From: Candidatus Nitrospira inopinata
Lineage (GTDB): Bacteria > Nitrospirota > Nitrospiria > Nitrospirales > Nitrospiraceae
NCBI RefSeq assembly: GCF_001458695.1
Contig: NZ_LN885086.1
Location: 900,001 to 932,000, forward strand
Direction of reading: 5' to 3'
DNA length: 32,000 bases
Shown here: positions 1-10,999 of the stretch, piece after piece
How positions within the stretch are numbered: the first letter of the stretch is position 1
Layout: each line of letters begins with the position of its first letter
Translations under genes and position numbers: made by a program
The notes under the pieces: generated by a model
Told to the model about the DNA's origin: nothing
The model's database searches: none
The model's input: only the letters and a program-made list of their open reading frames with translations

Positions 1-756
1 GTCGTCATTCGCCAGATGGTCGCTGACGCCGGACCGTCTTGTGTGGAGATCGGCGCCGCCCAGGTCTTCCACCGTGACCTCCTCGCCGGTCGCCGCCTTC
101 ACCAACGGCGGGCCCGCCAAATAAATCGCGCCGGTTCCCTTGACGATGATGTTTTCATCGCACATGGCCGGCACATAGGCCCCGCCCGCCGTGCACAGCC
201 CCATCACCACGGCGATTTGCGGAATCCCCAGCGCGGACATGCGGGCCTGGTGATAGAAGATCCGTCCAAAATGGTCCCGGTCGGCAAAGACCTCCGCCTG
301 CATCGGGAGAAACACGCCACCGGAATCCACTAGATAGATGCAGGGCAATCGGTTGGCCAGGGCGATCTCCTGGGCCCGCAGATGTTTCTTGATCGTCAAG
401 GGGAAATACGTGCCGCCCTTGACAGTGGCGTCGTTGGCCACGATCACGCAGGGCCTCCCGGACACGACACCGACGCCGGTCACGAGCCCCGCCGAGGGAA
501 CCTGATCCTCGTACAGGCCGGAGGCGGCAAGGGGACTCAGTTCCAACCAGGGCGCGTCAGGATCGAGCAGGGCGGCGAGCCGCTCGCGGACGGTCATCTT
601 GCCACGTGTTTTGTGAAGCGCCACCGCCTCCGGCGACCCGCCTGCCCGAGCCACGGCCAGCCGCTTGCGGAGGTCGGCCACCAGTCCTTCGTAATGGAGT
701 CGATTCGACCGATAGGCATCGGACGTGGGAACCACCGACGTGGCCAGCACCCTCAT
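1..756 (-). CDS. mccB: 3-methylcrotonyl-CoA carboxylase, carboxyltransferase (beta) subunit; N-terminal 252 codons only, gene continues past the window edge
   Basis: Absent from the ORF track because it is open at the window edge. My minus-strand translation from ATG 756 gives [159 protein letters not shown]. This matches the acyl-CoA carboxylase CT fold and, block by block, the MCCase-beta pattern. The leucine/BCAA catabolic context agrees. Confidence 0.85.
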   Translation of the reverse strand, partial: MRVLATSVVPTSDAYRSNRLHYEGLVADLRKRLAVARAGGSPEAVALHKTRGKMTVRERLAALLDPDAPWLELSPLAASGLYEDQVPSAGLVTGVGVVSGRPCVIVANDATVKGGTYFPLTIKKHLRAQEIALANRLPCIYLVDSGGVFLPMQAEVFADRDHFGRIFYHQARMSALGIPQIAVVMGLCTAGGAYVPAMCDENIIVKGTGAIYLAGPPLVKAATGEEVTVEDLGGADLHTRRSGVSDHLANDD

Positions 757-762
757 GGTTCG

Positions 763-1170
763 TCACCTCGACGTGGGGAGTTCCTTGACGAAGCGCACGA
801 TGTCTTCCAGCGACGTCCCAGGCCCGAACAGGGCCTTGACACCCGCTTCTTTCAACGCAGGCACGTCCTCATTCGGGATGATCCCGCCGCCAAAAACCAC
901 AATGTTCTCGGCTCCCTGTTCGCTCAACAGTTCCAACACGCGCCGAAACAACGTGTTGTGTGCGCCGGAGAGGACGCTCAACCCGATCGCATCGACGTCT
1001 TCTTGAATCGCGGTGTTGACGATCTGTTCCGGCGACTGATGGAGACCGGTGTAGATGACCTCCATGCCGGCGTCGCGCAACGCGCGCGCGATCAATTTCA
1101 CGCCCCGGTCATGGCCGTCGAGCCCGACCTTACCGATCAAGATCCGCAGGGGAACCGTCGCCACCGTCAT
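763..1170 (-). CDS. Cobalamin (B12)-binding small subunit of an acyl-CoA mutase (isobutyryl-/methylmalonyl-CoA mutase family)
   Basis: 135 aa. Carries the DxHxxG B12-binding signature ([10 protein letters not shown]) and a Rossmann-like B12 domain ([22 protein letters not shown]). Its start overlaps the stop of the upstream MBL gene. Confidence 0.85.
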   Translation of the reverse strand: MTVATVPLRILIGKVGLDGHDRGVKLIARALRDAGMEVIYTGLHQSPEQIVNTAIQEDVDAIGLSVLSGAHNTLFRRVLELLSEQGAENIVVFGGGIIPNEDVPALKEAGVKALFGPGTSLEDIVRFVKELPTSR

Positions 1171-2009
1171 GTCCGAGCCTCCTGGAGATAGTACTTGCCC
1201 TCCTGATCCTTCTTGACGTAGCCGGCCTGGATGACGGGATCATGTTCGAAGAACAGGAGCCACTGTTCGTCAAAAGCCAGGTCCAGCACCCACCGTTTCG
1301 TTTCCAACGTCTGGAGCGGATAGAGGTCGTACCCCATGATGTAGGGGAGCGGCAGGTGCGACACGGTGGGGATCAAATCGCCGAGGAAGAACGCCGTGCG
1401 GCCTTCCGACGTGATCTTCACCCCTTGATGGGCGCGGGTGTGGCCGGCGGTGATGACGGCGCTGACGCCGGGGAGCAGTTCCGTGTCGCCGTACAAAAAC
1501 TCCCATTGATTGGCTAGGGCGACGGGCACGACATTGTCTTTCCTGTAACTGGCCTTGGTCCGTTCGTTGGCATGGATCGCGTCCTCATATTCGCTGCGCT
1601 GGATGACATAGGTCGCCTTGCGAAACGTCGGGGCCACGATCCCGTCTTCCCGCCTGGTCGTATTCCCGCCCGCATGGTCGAAGTGGAGATGGGTGTTGAT
1701 CACCAGATGAATGTCGTCCGGCTCGAGACCCACCTGTTTCAACGAATCCAGCAAGGTCGGCCGCCGATCCAGGCCGAACATCCGATGGAACTTGCCGTCC
1801 TCCTTGGAGCCGATCCCCGTATCCACCAGAATGTTGGTCCCCTTTGCTCGGATCAGCAAACAGGTAAGACTCAGGTCGATCCGGTTCAGCTCATCGGCGG
1901 CGCAACATTTTCCCCACAGCACCTTGGGGACGACACCGAACATCGCGCCGCCGTCGAGCCGGAACCGGCCATCCGAAATCGGATAGAGTTCAAATGAGCC
2001 GAGCTTCAT
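1167..2009 (-). CDS. MBL-fold metallo-hydrolase
   Basis: 280 aa with the HxHxDH motif ([11 protein letters not shown]) and later His/Asp ligands (AGHTRAH, FFEHD). GAGAGGAA lies upstream of the ATG. It sits between the two mutase subunit genes. Confidence 0.8.
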   Translation of the reverse strand: MKLGSFELYPISDGRFRLDGGAMFGVVPKVLWGKCCAADELNRIDLSLTCLLIRAKGTNILVDTGIGSKEDGKFHRMFGLDRRPTLLDSLKQVGLEPDDIHLVINTHLHFDHAGGNTTRREDGIVAPTFRKATYVIQRSEYEDAIHANERTKASYRKDNVVPVALANQWEFLYGDTELLPGVSAVITAGHTRAHQGVKITSEGRTAFFLGDLIPTVSHLPLPYIMGYDLYPLQTLETKRWVLDLAFDEQWLLFFEHDPVIQAGYVKKDQEGKYYLQEART

Positions 2010-2092
2010 GATCTCATTCCTCTCTCGCCACTCTCGGCCCTGTTAGCTTCTCATCCTCGTTCTTTCGCTTCACCGCCACCTGCTGCGCATCC

Positions 2093-3709
<1,617 letters not shown>

Positions 3710-3768
3710 GCCGGCTTCCTCCCATGACACGGGCGCTCAGAAAGCGGCCTTATTTCTCTATGGCTATT

Positions 3769-4659
3769 TCACATGGCTACCGTTGATCGTTCCCCGGCCT
3801 CGTCATAGAGATAAAACCCGCGACCGGTCTTCCGCCCGAGCCACCCCGCTTCGACGTAGCGACGAAGGAGAGGGCAGGGACGAAATTTCGGATCGCCCAG
3901 TTCTCGATGCAACACCTCGCAGATCGCCAACACCGTATCCAAGCCGATCCGGTCAGCCAGAGCGAGCGGCCCCACCGGATGGTTCGCTCCCGCCGTCATC
4001 GCGCGATCGATCGCCTCCGCCGAAGCCACTCCCTGCTCCAGCGCAAAGATCGCTTCATTGATCATCGGCATCAGCACCCGATTCACGATGAAACCCGGCA
4101 CGTCATTCGCCACAACCGGCGTCTTGCCGAGGTGTTTCGCCACATCCAGCGCCAGCGCCACGGTCTCGTCGGACGTGCTGAGCCCTCGCACGACCTCCAC
4201 CAAGTTCATCACCGGCGCCGGATTCATGAAGTGCAGCCCGACGACTCGATCGGCTCGACCGGACACGGCCCCCAGTTTCGTGATCGGGATCGACGAGGTG
4301 TTGCTCGCAAGCACGGTGTCGGGTCGGCAGATCCGCCCCAGCTCGGCAAACAGTGTTTGCTTTTGTTCCTGATTCTCTGGAATCGCCTCGATGACCAGGT
4401 GGACTTCATCCAATCGGTCGAGGGTGGTCGATGGGTGAATGAGGGCCAGGACCTCTTCCACTCGACCAGCCGCCAGCGCGCCTCGTTCCACAGCCCGTTC
4501 TAGTCCCACTCGAATCTTGGCGATGGCTCCTTTCAATTGAGACTCCATCACGTCGATCAGTTCCACGTGATAGCCGGCCATCGCACAGACCTGGGCGATC
4601 CCTCGGCCCATCTGGCCTGCCCCGACGATACCGATTCGCGTGATCATGTCGCTGGTCAT
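3769..4659 (-). CDS. hbd: 3-hydroxybutyryl-CoA (3-hydroxyacyl-CoA) dehydrogenase, NAD-dependent
   Basis: The N-terminal Rossmann motif IGIVGAGQMGRGIAQ starts right after MTSDMITR. Family blocks are present (HFMNPAPVMNLVEVV, PGFIVNRVLMPMINEA, HPVGPLALADRIGLD). I moved the start to ATG 4659. The 51-codon extension in the ORF track overlaps the thiolase gene and looks non-coding. Confidence 0.9.
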   Translation of the reverse strand: MTSDMITRIGIVGAGQMGRGIAQVCAMAGYHVELIDVMESQLKGAIAKIRVGLERAVERGALAAGRVEEVLALIHPSTTLDRLDEVHLVIEAIPENQEQKQTLFAELGRICRPDTVLASNTSSIPITKLGAVSGRADRVVGLHFMNPAPVMNLVEVVRGLSTSDETVALALDVAKHLGKTPVVANDVPGFIVNRVLMPMINEAIFALEQGVASAEAIDRAMTAGANHPVGPLALADRIGLDTVLAICEVLHRELGDPKFRPCPLLRRYVEAGWLGRKTGRGFYLYDEAGERSTVAM

Positions 4660-4735
4660 GGCTGGTGACTCGATCTCCTGTTCACCACGCTGATGATGGT
4701 GCTCTATCTCTGTTCCGGACTCCTCATCACACTCG

Positions 4736-5932
4736 TCACGGTTCCCGCTCCACGACCACTGCCAGGGCCTCTCCGCCGCCGATACAGAGGGCCGCCAGTC
4801 CCCGCCGCACATCCCGCTCCTGCATGGCGTGAATCAATGTCGTAAGCAGCCTCGCGCCCGTGGCCCCGATAGGATGGCCCAACGCCACCGCTCCTCCATG
4901 GACGTTCACCTTCTTCACGTCGAGCCCCAGTTCCCGGTTGATGGCAAGCGAGACGGAGGAAAAGGCCTCGTTGATCTCGAACAGATCGATCTCGCCGATG
5001 GAGAGGCCGGTCTTCTTGAGCACCAGTTTGATGGCCTCGACCGGCGCGATCGTGAACCATTCCGGCGCCAAGGCCGCGCCGGCGTAGCCGACCAGGCGAG
5101 CCAGGGGGGTGAGGCCGAGCCGAGTCGCCTCACTCTCCGCCATCAGGACCAAGGCCGCTGCTCCATCGTTGCAGGAGGGAGAATTGCCGACCGTCAAGAC
5201 TCCGTCTTCTTGAAACACCGGCTTGAGTTCCCGCAACCGACTCAGATCGACCCGGTTCGGCTCTTCATCGTCTTGAACTGTCACCGGCGGGCCTTTCCGT
5301 TGCGCCACCTCGACCGGCACGATCTCCCGCTTGAAGAGCCCGGTCGCAATAGCTTCCCTGGCTCGGCGATAACTCTCCAGCGCGAAATCATCCAGTTCTT
5401 GCCTCGTTAGTCTATATTTGGCCGCGCACAGTTCCCCTCCCTTGCCCATGTGGAACTGGTGATAGACGTCCCACAATCCGTCCTTCACCAGACTGTCCAC
5501 CAGTTCCGCATGGCCCAGCCTGTAACCCTGTCTCGCCTTCTCCAACAGGTAGGGAGCGCGGGTCATGTTCTCCATGCCGCCGGCCACTACAACCTTGGCC
5601 TCGCCGAGACCGATAGCCTGCGACGCCATGATCACCGTCATGAGGCTCGAACCACAGACCTTGTTCACCGTCGTGGCGCCGACTGAGTGGGGGATACCGG
5701 CTCCGATCGACGCTTGCCTGGCTGGCGCCTGACCCAGTCCCGCACTCAAGACACAGCCCATATAGACCGTGTCCACCTGTTCAGGAGACACCCGAGCCCG
5801 TTTCAAGGCCTCGGCAATCGCCAGGCTTCCCAGCTTGGTGGCCGGCACCTGACTGAAACAGCCCTGAAAACTCCCCATCGGCGTGCGTGCCGCGCTCACG
5901 ATGACGGTTGGTTCTCCCTTGAGAGGACTCAT
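4736..5932 (-). CDS. Acetyl-CoA C-acetyltransferase (thiolase II)
   Basis: Thiolase blocks are present: active-site Cys region VNKVCGSSLMTV, NEAFSSV, and the C-terminal GGAVALGHPIGATGARLL..LCIGGGEALAVVVE. ATG 5932 forms an ATGA overlap with the E2 stop, so it is preferred over 5947. Confidence 0.9.
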   Translation of the reverse strand: MSPLKGEPTVIVSAARTPMGSFQGCFSQVPATKLGSLAIAEALKRARVSPEQVDTVYMGCVLSAGLGQAPARQASIGAGIPHSVGATTVNKVCGSSLMTVIMASQAIGLGEAKVVVAGGMENMTRAPYLLEKARQGYRLGHAELVDSLVKDGLWDVYHQFHMGKGGELCAAKYRLTRQELDDFALESYRRAREAIATGLFKREIVPVEVAQRKGPPVTVQDDEEPNRVDLSRLRELKPVFQEDGVLTVGNSPSCNDGAAALVLMAESEATRLGLTPLARLVGYAGAALAPEWFTIAPVEAIKLVLKKTGLSIGEIDLFEINEAFSSVSLAINRELGLDVKKVNVHGGAVALGHPIGATGARLLTTLIHAMQERDVRRGLAALCIGGGEALAVVVEREP

Positions 5933-7134
5933 AGATTCCGCTCCCAATCACTGTGTTCGATCGCGTCCTTCACCCTGGCCATGAACCGATCGGCCGTAGC
6001 TCCGTCGATCACCCGATGGTCGAACGAGAGGCTCAAGTAGGCCATCGACCGGATCGCAATGGCGTCATGGATGACCACCGGCCGTTTCTGGACCGCGCCA
6101 ACCCCCAGGATCGCGATTTGCGGCTGATGAATGATCGGCGTGCTGAACAGACTGCCGAACCCTCCGTGGTTGGTGATCGAGAAGGTCCCTCCCAAGACCT
6201 CGTCCGGATTCAATCGTTTGCTCCTCGCCCGTTCCGCCAGGTCGGCGATCTCTTCCGCCAGTTGCATCAAGCCCTTTCGATCCGCATGCCGCACCACCGG
6301 CACGAGCAAGCCGTCCTCCAACGCCGTGGCGATCCCGATGTGGATGTCTTTTTTGATCACGATCCCTTCGTCGCTCCACGACGAGTTCATGATGGGAACG
6401 TCTCTGATCGCGCGGGCCACCGCCTGGATGACGAACGGCAGATAGGTAAGCGGCCGACCTTCCCGGAATTTGACGATCCCCGAAAAGTCCGCTTCAAAGA
6501 CCGTCGTCACATGGGCGGCGGTCCGTCTGCTGTTGACCATCCGTTCGGCGATGGTCTTCCTCATCAGCGTGAGCGGGACAATCTCGTCGCCCGTTTCATG
6601 TTCCTCGGTCGTTGCGGACCGCTCGGTGGTGGAAACTGATTGCGCCGCCTCTGTGTGGCGATGGGCGATGAAGTCCTCCACGTCTTTCTTGGTGATCCGG
6701 CCTCCGGCGCCGGTTCCTTTTACTTGCGAGAGATCCACGCCATATTGTTTCGCCAGGTGACGGACGGCCGGCGAATAATGGAGCGTTGTTTCGGCCTCTG
6801 CGCCACCAGCCCCCCTGGTCGCCCGTTCCTCTTCAGCAACGGACTCTCTTGAGCGGACCACGACTCCGCCGACCCGATTGATCACTTCAGTTGGAGGCGC
6901 GCCATCGATGCGGCCCAACACGGTGCCGACCGGCACGGTCTCGCCTTCCTTCACAAGGATCTCGGACAACCGCCCCGCTGCGGGAGAGGGAATTTCGAGC
7001 GCCACCTTTTCGGTCTCGACCTCCAGGAGCGACTGATCCCGTTCGACCATACCACCGACTGGAATGAGCCACTTCACGACCGTGCCTTCCGCGATGCTTT
7101 CCCCCAATTGGGGCATGAGGATGTCCGTCGCCAT
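5929..7134 (-). CDS. Dihydrolipoamide acyltransferase (E2) of a 2-oxoacid dehydrogenase complex, probably branched-chain (bkdB-like)
   Basis: N-terminal lipoyl domain (MPQLGESIAEGTVVKW..VETEKVALEIPSPAAG), a peripheral subunit-binding domain (SPAVRHLAKQYGVDLSQVKGTGAGGRITKKDV), and a C-terminal catalytic domain with DHRVIDG. Confidence 0.9.
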   Translation of the reverse strand: MATDILMPQLGESIAEGTVVKWLIPVGGMVERDQSLLEVETEKVALEIPSPAAGRLSEILVKEGETVPVGTVLGRIDGAPPTEVINRVGGVVVRSRESVAEEERATRGAGGAEAETTLHYSPAVRHLAKQYGVDLSQVKGTGAGGRITKKDVEDFIAHRHTEAAQSVSTTERSATTEEHETGDEIVPLTLMRKTIAERMVNSRRTAAHVTTVFEADFSGIVKFREGRPLTYLPFVIQAVARAIRDVPIMNSSWSDEGIVIKKDIHIGIATALEDGLLVPVVRHADRKGLMQLAEEIADLAERARSKRLNPDEVLGGTFSITNHGGFGSLFSTPIIHQPQIAILGVGAVQKRPVVIHDAIAIRSMAYLSLSFDHRVIDGATADRFMARVKDAIEHSDWERNL

Positions 7135-7154
7135 GGGTCCCCTTCTGATCCCTT

Positions 7155-8147
7155 TCAGTACGCCGCCAGTTTTCTCGCCGCCGCCACGATGTCGCTGGTT
7201 TTCGGCAGAAAAAATTCCTCCAACGGTGTGCTGAACGGCACGGGCGTATCCGGCGCGGCGACACGCAGGATCGGCCCGTCCAGACTGTCGAAACAGTCTT
7301 CCGCAAGCAACGCCGCCAGTTCCGCACCGATGCCGCCGGTTTTGTTGTCCTCGTGCACCATGATGGCCTTACCGGTTTTCCGGACCGACCCGTAGATCGT
7401 GTCCTTATCAAGCGGCATCAAGCTCCGCAGATCCACCACCTCGATGTCGATACCTTCCGCCGCCAACTGTTGCGCCGCCTCGAGCGCGAGATGCACCATC
7501 GCGCCATAGGTGATGACCGAAATATCGTTCCCCGGCCGTCTAATGGCCGCTTGGCCGATCGGCACGATGTAGTCTTCGCGCGGTAACACCTCTTTGATCC
7601 GCCGATAGAGGAACTTGTGCTCGAAATAGATCACGGGGTTGGGATCGCGGATCGCGGCCTTGAGCAACCCCTTCGCGTCGTAGGGCGTGGAGGGAGCCAC
7701 CAGCTTGAGCCCCGGCGAATGAAAGAACCAGCCTTCGGGACATTCCGAATGGAAGGGCCCTCCATGGACTCCGCCGCCGAAGGGAGCACGGATCACCATC
7801 GGCACCGGCGCGCCCCAACGATAATGGTTTTTGGCCGCGACCTCGGTAATCTGGTCGAAGGCGCAGGAGATGAAATCCGCAAACTGCATCTCCACCACCG
7901 GCCGTAGCCCCATCATCGCGGCGCCGATCGCCGCGCCGACGAAACCCGACTCGGAAAGCGGCGCATCCAACACCCGCCACTCACCGTACTTCTCGATAAA
8001 GCCCTCGGTGATCTTGAAGGCCCCCCCATAGGTGCCGATGTCCTCGCCCATCAGGAACACCCGTTCGTCCCTGGTCATTTCCTCGTCCAGCGCCTGCGAA
8101 ATGGCCTCCAGATAGGTGACCTCGGTCGATGCCGTGCCTGTGCTCAT
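7155..8147 (-). CDS. 2-oxoacid dehydrogenase E1 component, beta subunit (bkdA2-like)
   Basis: Transketolase-like pyrimidine-binding and C-terminal domains (FLMGEDIGTYGGAFKITEGF..RVLDAPLSESGFVGAAIGAAMMGLRPV). ATG 8147 overlaps the E1alpha stop as ATGA. The 67-codon Arg/Gly-rich extension in the ORF track is rejected. Confidence 0.9.
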   Translation of the reverse strand: MSTGTASTEVTYLEAISQALDEEMTRDERVFLMGEDIGTYGGAFKITEGFIEKYGEWRVLDAPLSESGFVGAAIGAAMMGLRPVVEMQFADFISCAFDQITEVAAKNHYRWGAPVPMVIRAPFGGGVHGGPFHSECPEGWFFHSPGLKLVAPSTPYDAKGLLKAAIRDPNPVIYFEHKFLYRRIKEVLPREDYIVPIGQAAIRRPGNDISVITYGAMVHLALEAAQQLAAEGIDIEVVDLRSLMPLDKDTIYGSVRKTGKAIMVHEDNKTGGIGAELAALLAEDCFDSLDGPILRVAAPDTPVPFSTPLEEFFLPKTSDIVAAARKLAAY

Positions 8148-9145
8148 GGTTCCACCTCGTCGGGATTTGCAAAGACCCCCTCTAACACTTCCCGTCCTTC
8201 GGGTAACGGACTCTGCTCGGCGAACTCCAACCCCGCGTCGATTTCCTTCTGCACCCTGAGACCGACTTCGCGGAAGTGGGCCTCGTCGGCATAGCCCAGT
8301 TCGAGCAACCGTTGCTCGGCCCTGAGGATCGGATCTTTCTTTTTCCATTCCTCCAACAGCTCGCGGGGCACGTACTTGGCCGCGTCATGTTCCGAGTGGC
8401 CGTGCATCCTCATGGTCTTAAATTCCAGAAACGTCGGTCCCTCCCCCGCGCGGGCCCGCGCGATAGCCCGTTTGGCCGCGAGAAACACGGCGGCCACGTC
8501 GTTTCCATCCACGATTTCACCCGGCATCCCATAGGCCTTCGCCCGATCGACGACGTCGGCGATCGCCATCTGGAGACGGATTGGCGTGGAATAGGCATAT
8601 TGATTGTTGTTACAGAAGAACACGACCGGGAGTTTGCGCACCGAGGCGAAGTTCATCGCCTCGTGAAAGTCGCCGCGACTTGTGCCGCCGTCGCCGGTTC
8701 CGGTGAAGACGACGCGTCGCTCACCCCTGATTTTGAACGCCAGCGCCGCTCCCGCCGCGACCGGCAGGTTGTCGGCAAGGTGGCTCACGAAGCCGATGAT
8801 GCCGCGTTTTAAGTCTCCCATGTGGACATTGCCGTCCTTCCCCTTGGTCGGGCCGGTCCGTTTGCCCAAATACTGGGCCAGCACTTCGCCCGGCGTGATG
8901 CCGCGAATCAAGAAGGCGCCCATGTCCCGATGGAACGGCGCGATCACATCGTCCCGTTCGAGGGCCGAGGCATAGCCGACGGCAATTGCCTCCATCCCAT
9001 GACTGGTGTAACAGCCGCCGACGATCCGCCCCTGACGATAGAGGGCGGAGATCCGGTCCTCCAACGATCTGGTGAGGCGGAGGTAGTAATACATTTGGAG
9101 CCACTCGGCCCGTTTGATGTCGCTGACGACGTCGGCTCGGTCCAT
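8144..9145 (-). CDS. 2-oxoacid dehydrogenase E1 component, alpha subunit, TPP-dependent (bkdA1-like)
   Basis: 333 aa with a TPP-binding region (TGTGDGGTSRGDFHEAMNFASVRKLPVVFFCNNNQYA). A strong Shine-Dalgarno sequence (GGAAGGAGGG) lies upstream of ATG 9145. Confidence 0.9.
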   Translation of the reverse strand: MDRADVVSDIKRAEWLQMYYYLRLTRSLEDRISALYRQGRIVGGCYTSHGMEAIAVGYASALERDDVIAPFHRDMGAFLIRGITPGEVLAQYLGKRTGPTKGKDGNVHMGDLKRGIIGFVSHLADNLPVAAGAALAFKIRGERRVVFTGTGDGGTSRGDFHEAMNFASVRKLPVVFFCNNNQYAYSTPIRLQMAIADVVDRAKAYGMPGEIVDGNDVAAVFLAAKRAIARARAGEGPTFLEFKTMRMHGHSEHDAAKYVPRELLEEWKKKDPILRAEQRLLELGYADEAHFREVGLRVQKEIDAGLEFAEQSPLPEGREVLEGVFANPDEVEP

Positions 9146-9196
9146 AGGTCCCTCCTTCCATTTCTCCTCGCCAACCCGTGAACAGTCGTTCCGTCG

Positions 9197-9949
9197 CTAC
9201 AGGGCCGGCATTTCCCTCCATGACAGCATCGGACCATCCTGCCGGCACAAGGGACAGTCCATCGGCTCCCACTGCGGCATCGAAAGGTCCACCGTGTAAT
9301 AAAAGGGATAGGTGCTCATCAGTTCGTCCATCAACGGAAACTGCCCGCTGTCGCGGCGGGCGAAGACCGTCATGCCGGCCAGGATCCCTCCATGGTCTGT
9401 GATGACGTTGCCGAGTTTTCTCACACACTGGCCGCGCGTGGTGACGTCGTTGAGCGAGAGAAACCGCTCACCGGCATGGATGGTTCCGCCGGCGATGTCC
9501 GTCCCGATCCGGCCGGTTTCACTATTGTACGGGGTGAGGACGACCCGCAGAGGCATCCGGGCCCCAATCTGTTCGGCAACGGCCTGTGCCAATGTTTGGG
9601 CGGCGGAGGTCGTGGCGACGATCCCGGCGAGGGGCCGGTCATGAAACGTCCGGTCGATCCAGTCAGCCATGTCGCGCGCGATCGGCGCGATCAGGTCCTG
9701 AAACCGGGCGATGGATTCGAATCGCAGGTACGTCGCCGTGTGGTGACCGGACACTGTTTCGACGTGGGTCTCAAAGAAGACCGACCGGGAGCGACAGAGA
9801 ATGGCGAGCAACTCTTCCAGGGAGAAGTTGCTGTGGGGCCCTGGTCGAACGATGGCCTTGAGTTTGGCTTCAATGTCCGGGCTTGCATAGAGGTCGAGAT
9901 GGCGGCGTGTCAATTCTTCGAGTGCCATCCGGTCCATCATCGTGGTCAT
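9197..9949 (-). CDS. Phosphoribosyltransferase-fold protein of unknown specificity
   Basis: 250 aa with a degenerate PRPP-binding loop (ERFLSLNDVTTRGQC, compare the consensus hhhhDDhhTTG). AAGGAGG lies 5 nt upstream of the ATG. No closer family assignment is possible by eye. Confidence 0.5.
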   Translation of the reverse strand: MTTMMDRMALEELTRRHLDLYASPDIEAKLKAIVRPGPHSNFSLEELLAILCRSRSVFFETHVETVSGHHTATYLRFESIARFQDLIAPIARDMADWIDRTFHDRPLAGIVATTSAAQTLAQAVAEQIGARMPLRVVLTPYNSETGRIGTDIAGGTIHAGERFLSLNDVTTRGQCVRKLGNVITDHGGILAGMTVFARRDSGQFPLMDELMSTYPFYYTVDLSMPQWEPMDCPLCRQDGPMLSWREMPAL

Positions 9950-10015
9950 GGCCGCCTCCTTTCTCTTCTGCGTGTGTGTCGTTCGTTCCCGTCATTCCGC
10001 CCCCACCATGTCCTC

Positions 10016-10999
10016 TCACGCCGCGCCCACCACCCTGGTTCGTAAGACGCCGATCGGCTGAATCTCCAGTTCCACCACGTCACCGGGTTTCAGGTACCGA
10101 TCGAATTCGAGCCCGCAGCCCCCTCCCACCGTGCCCGACCCGAACACGTCGCCGGGATAGAGTGGCTCCCCCCGCGAGACGTGGGCGATCATCTGCGGGA
10201 ACGACCAGTGGATCGTTCCAAAACATCCCCGTGACCATTCTTCTCCGTTGACCCGCGCCACCATCGTGAGCGAATTGAGATCGGCGATTTCGTCCGGCGT
10301 GACCAGGCAAGGGCCGAGCGCGGTCGCGAAGTCCTTCCCCTTCGCCGGCCCCAATCGACAAGCCATCTCTCGAAATTGAATGTCGCGCGCGCTGAAGTCG
10401 TTCATGATCGTGTAGCCAGCGATGTAGTCCGGCGCATCCCGTTCGGCAATGTCCCGACCGCCTTTTCCGATCACGCAGGCCAGTTCCAACTCATAGTCCA
10501 ATTTCGTGGTCTCCAAGGGCCAAGGCAGGTCCTCATCCGGCCCGATGATCGTGCGTGGATTGCCCTTGTAATAGACGGGAGCTTGGTACCATTCGGGGGG
10601 GATCGGCTGTCCTCGTTTTTTCGACGTGGCGGCGATATGGGCTTCAAACGCGATGAAGTCACGCAGCGACGGAGGGTTGGGCAAGGGCGCGGCAAGCTGC
10701 ACTGTCTCCAACTGATACCAGACCATTTCGCCCGACGGCCCCCTGGCCTTGGAGCCGAGCAAGACCGCATAGTCCACGGCCCGACGTGCCGCCGCCATGG
10801 TCGAAGCCTCGCCTTCCAGAAACTCCAACATGGTTGCCGGCATCTGGGCGTTGGCCAACCGAGAGGGTTGCGCCTCTCCTTGATCCTTGAGCCAACGAGC
10901 GTAGGCCATGTTGATGTCGATGACCTGAGAGTCGTAGAGAGCCCCCACCCTCGTAAAGGTTCCCACTGGCGTGACGACCCGAAAACTGACCAGTTTCAT
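10016..10999 (-). CDS. Fumarylacetoacetate hydrolase (FAH) family protein
   Basis: 327 aa with FAH-fold blocks (LDYELELACVIGKGGRDI..GYTIMNDFSARDIQ..GPAKGKDFATALGPCLVT..YPGDVFGSGTVGGGCG). ATGA overlap with the hmgA stop. Follows hmgA in a tyrosine-degradation arrangement. Confidence 0.85.
   Translation of the reverse strand: MKLVSFRVVTPVGTFTRVGALYDSQVIDINMAYARWLKDQGEAQPSRLANAQMPATMLEFLEGEASTMAAARRAVDYAVLLGSKARGPSGEMVWYQLETVQLAAPLPNPPSLRDFIAFEAHIAATSKKRGQPIPPEWYQAPVYYKGNPRTIIGPDEDLPWPLETTKLDYELELACVIGKGGRDIAERDAPDYIAGYTIMNDFSARDIQFREMACRLGPAKGKDFATALGPCLVTPDEIADLNSLTMVARVNGEEWSRGCFGTIHWSFPQMIAHVSRGEPLYPGDVFGSGTVGGGCGLEFDRYLKPGDVVELEIQPIGVLRTRVVGAA

Noticed and set aside
382-1191. 269-aa plus-strand ORF, plus 16-333 (105 aa)
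   Set aside because: They are antisense to MCCase-beta and the B12-binding subunit, both of which have strong family signatures on the minus strand.
4660-4812. 51-codon N-terminal extension of hbd in the ORF track
   Set aside because: The extension overlaps the thiolase 3' end and precedes the Rossmann GxGxxG motif by an implausible Trp/Glu/His-rich leader. The internal ATG 4659 gives the normal architecture.
8148-8348. 67-codon N-terminal extension of the E1-beta ORF
   Set aside because: The extension is Arg/Gly-rich and lies inside the E1-alpha coding region. ATG 8147 forms an ATGA overlap with the E1-alpha stop.
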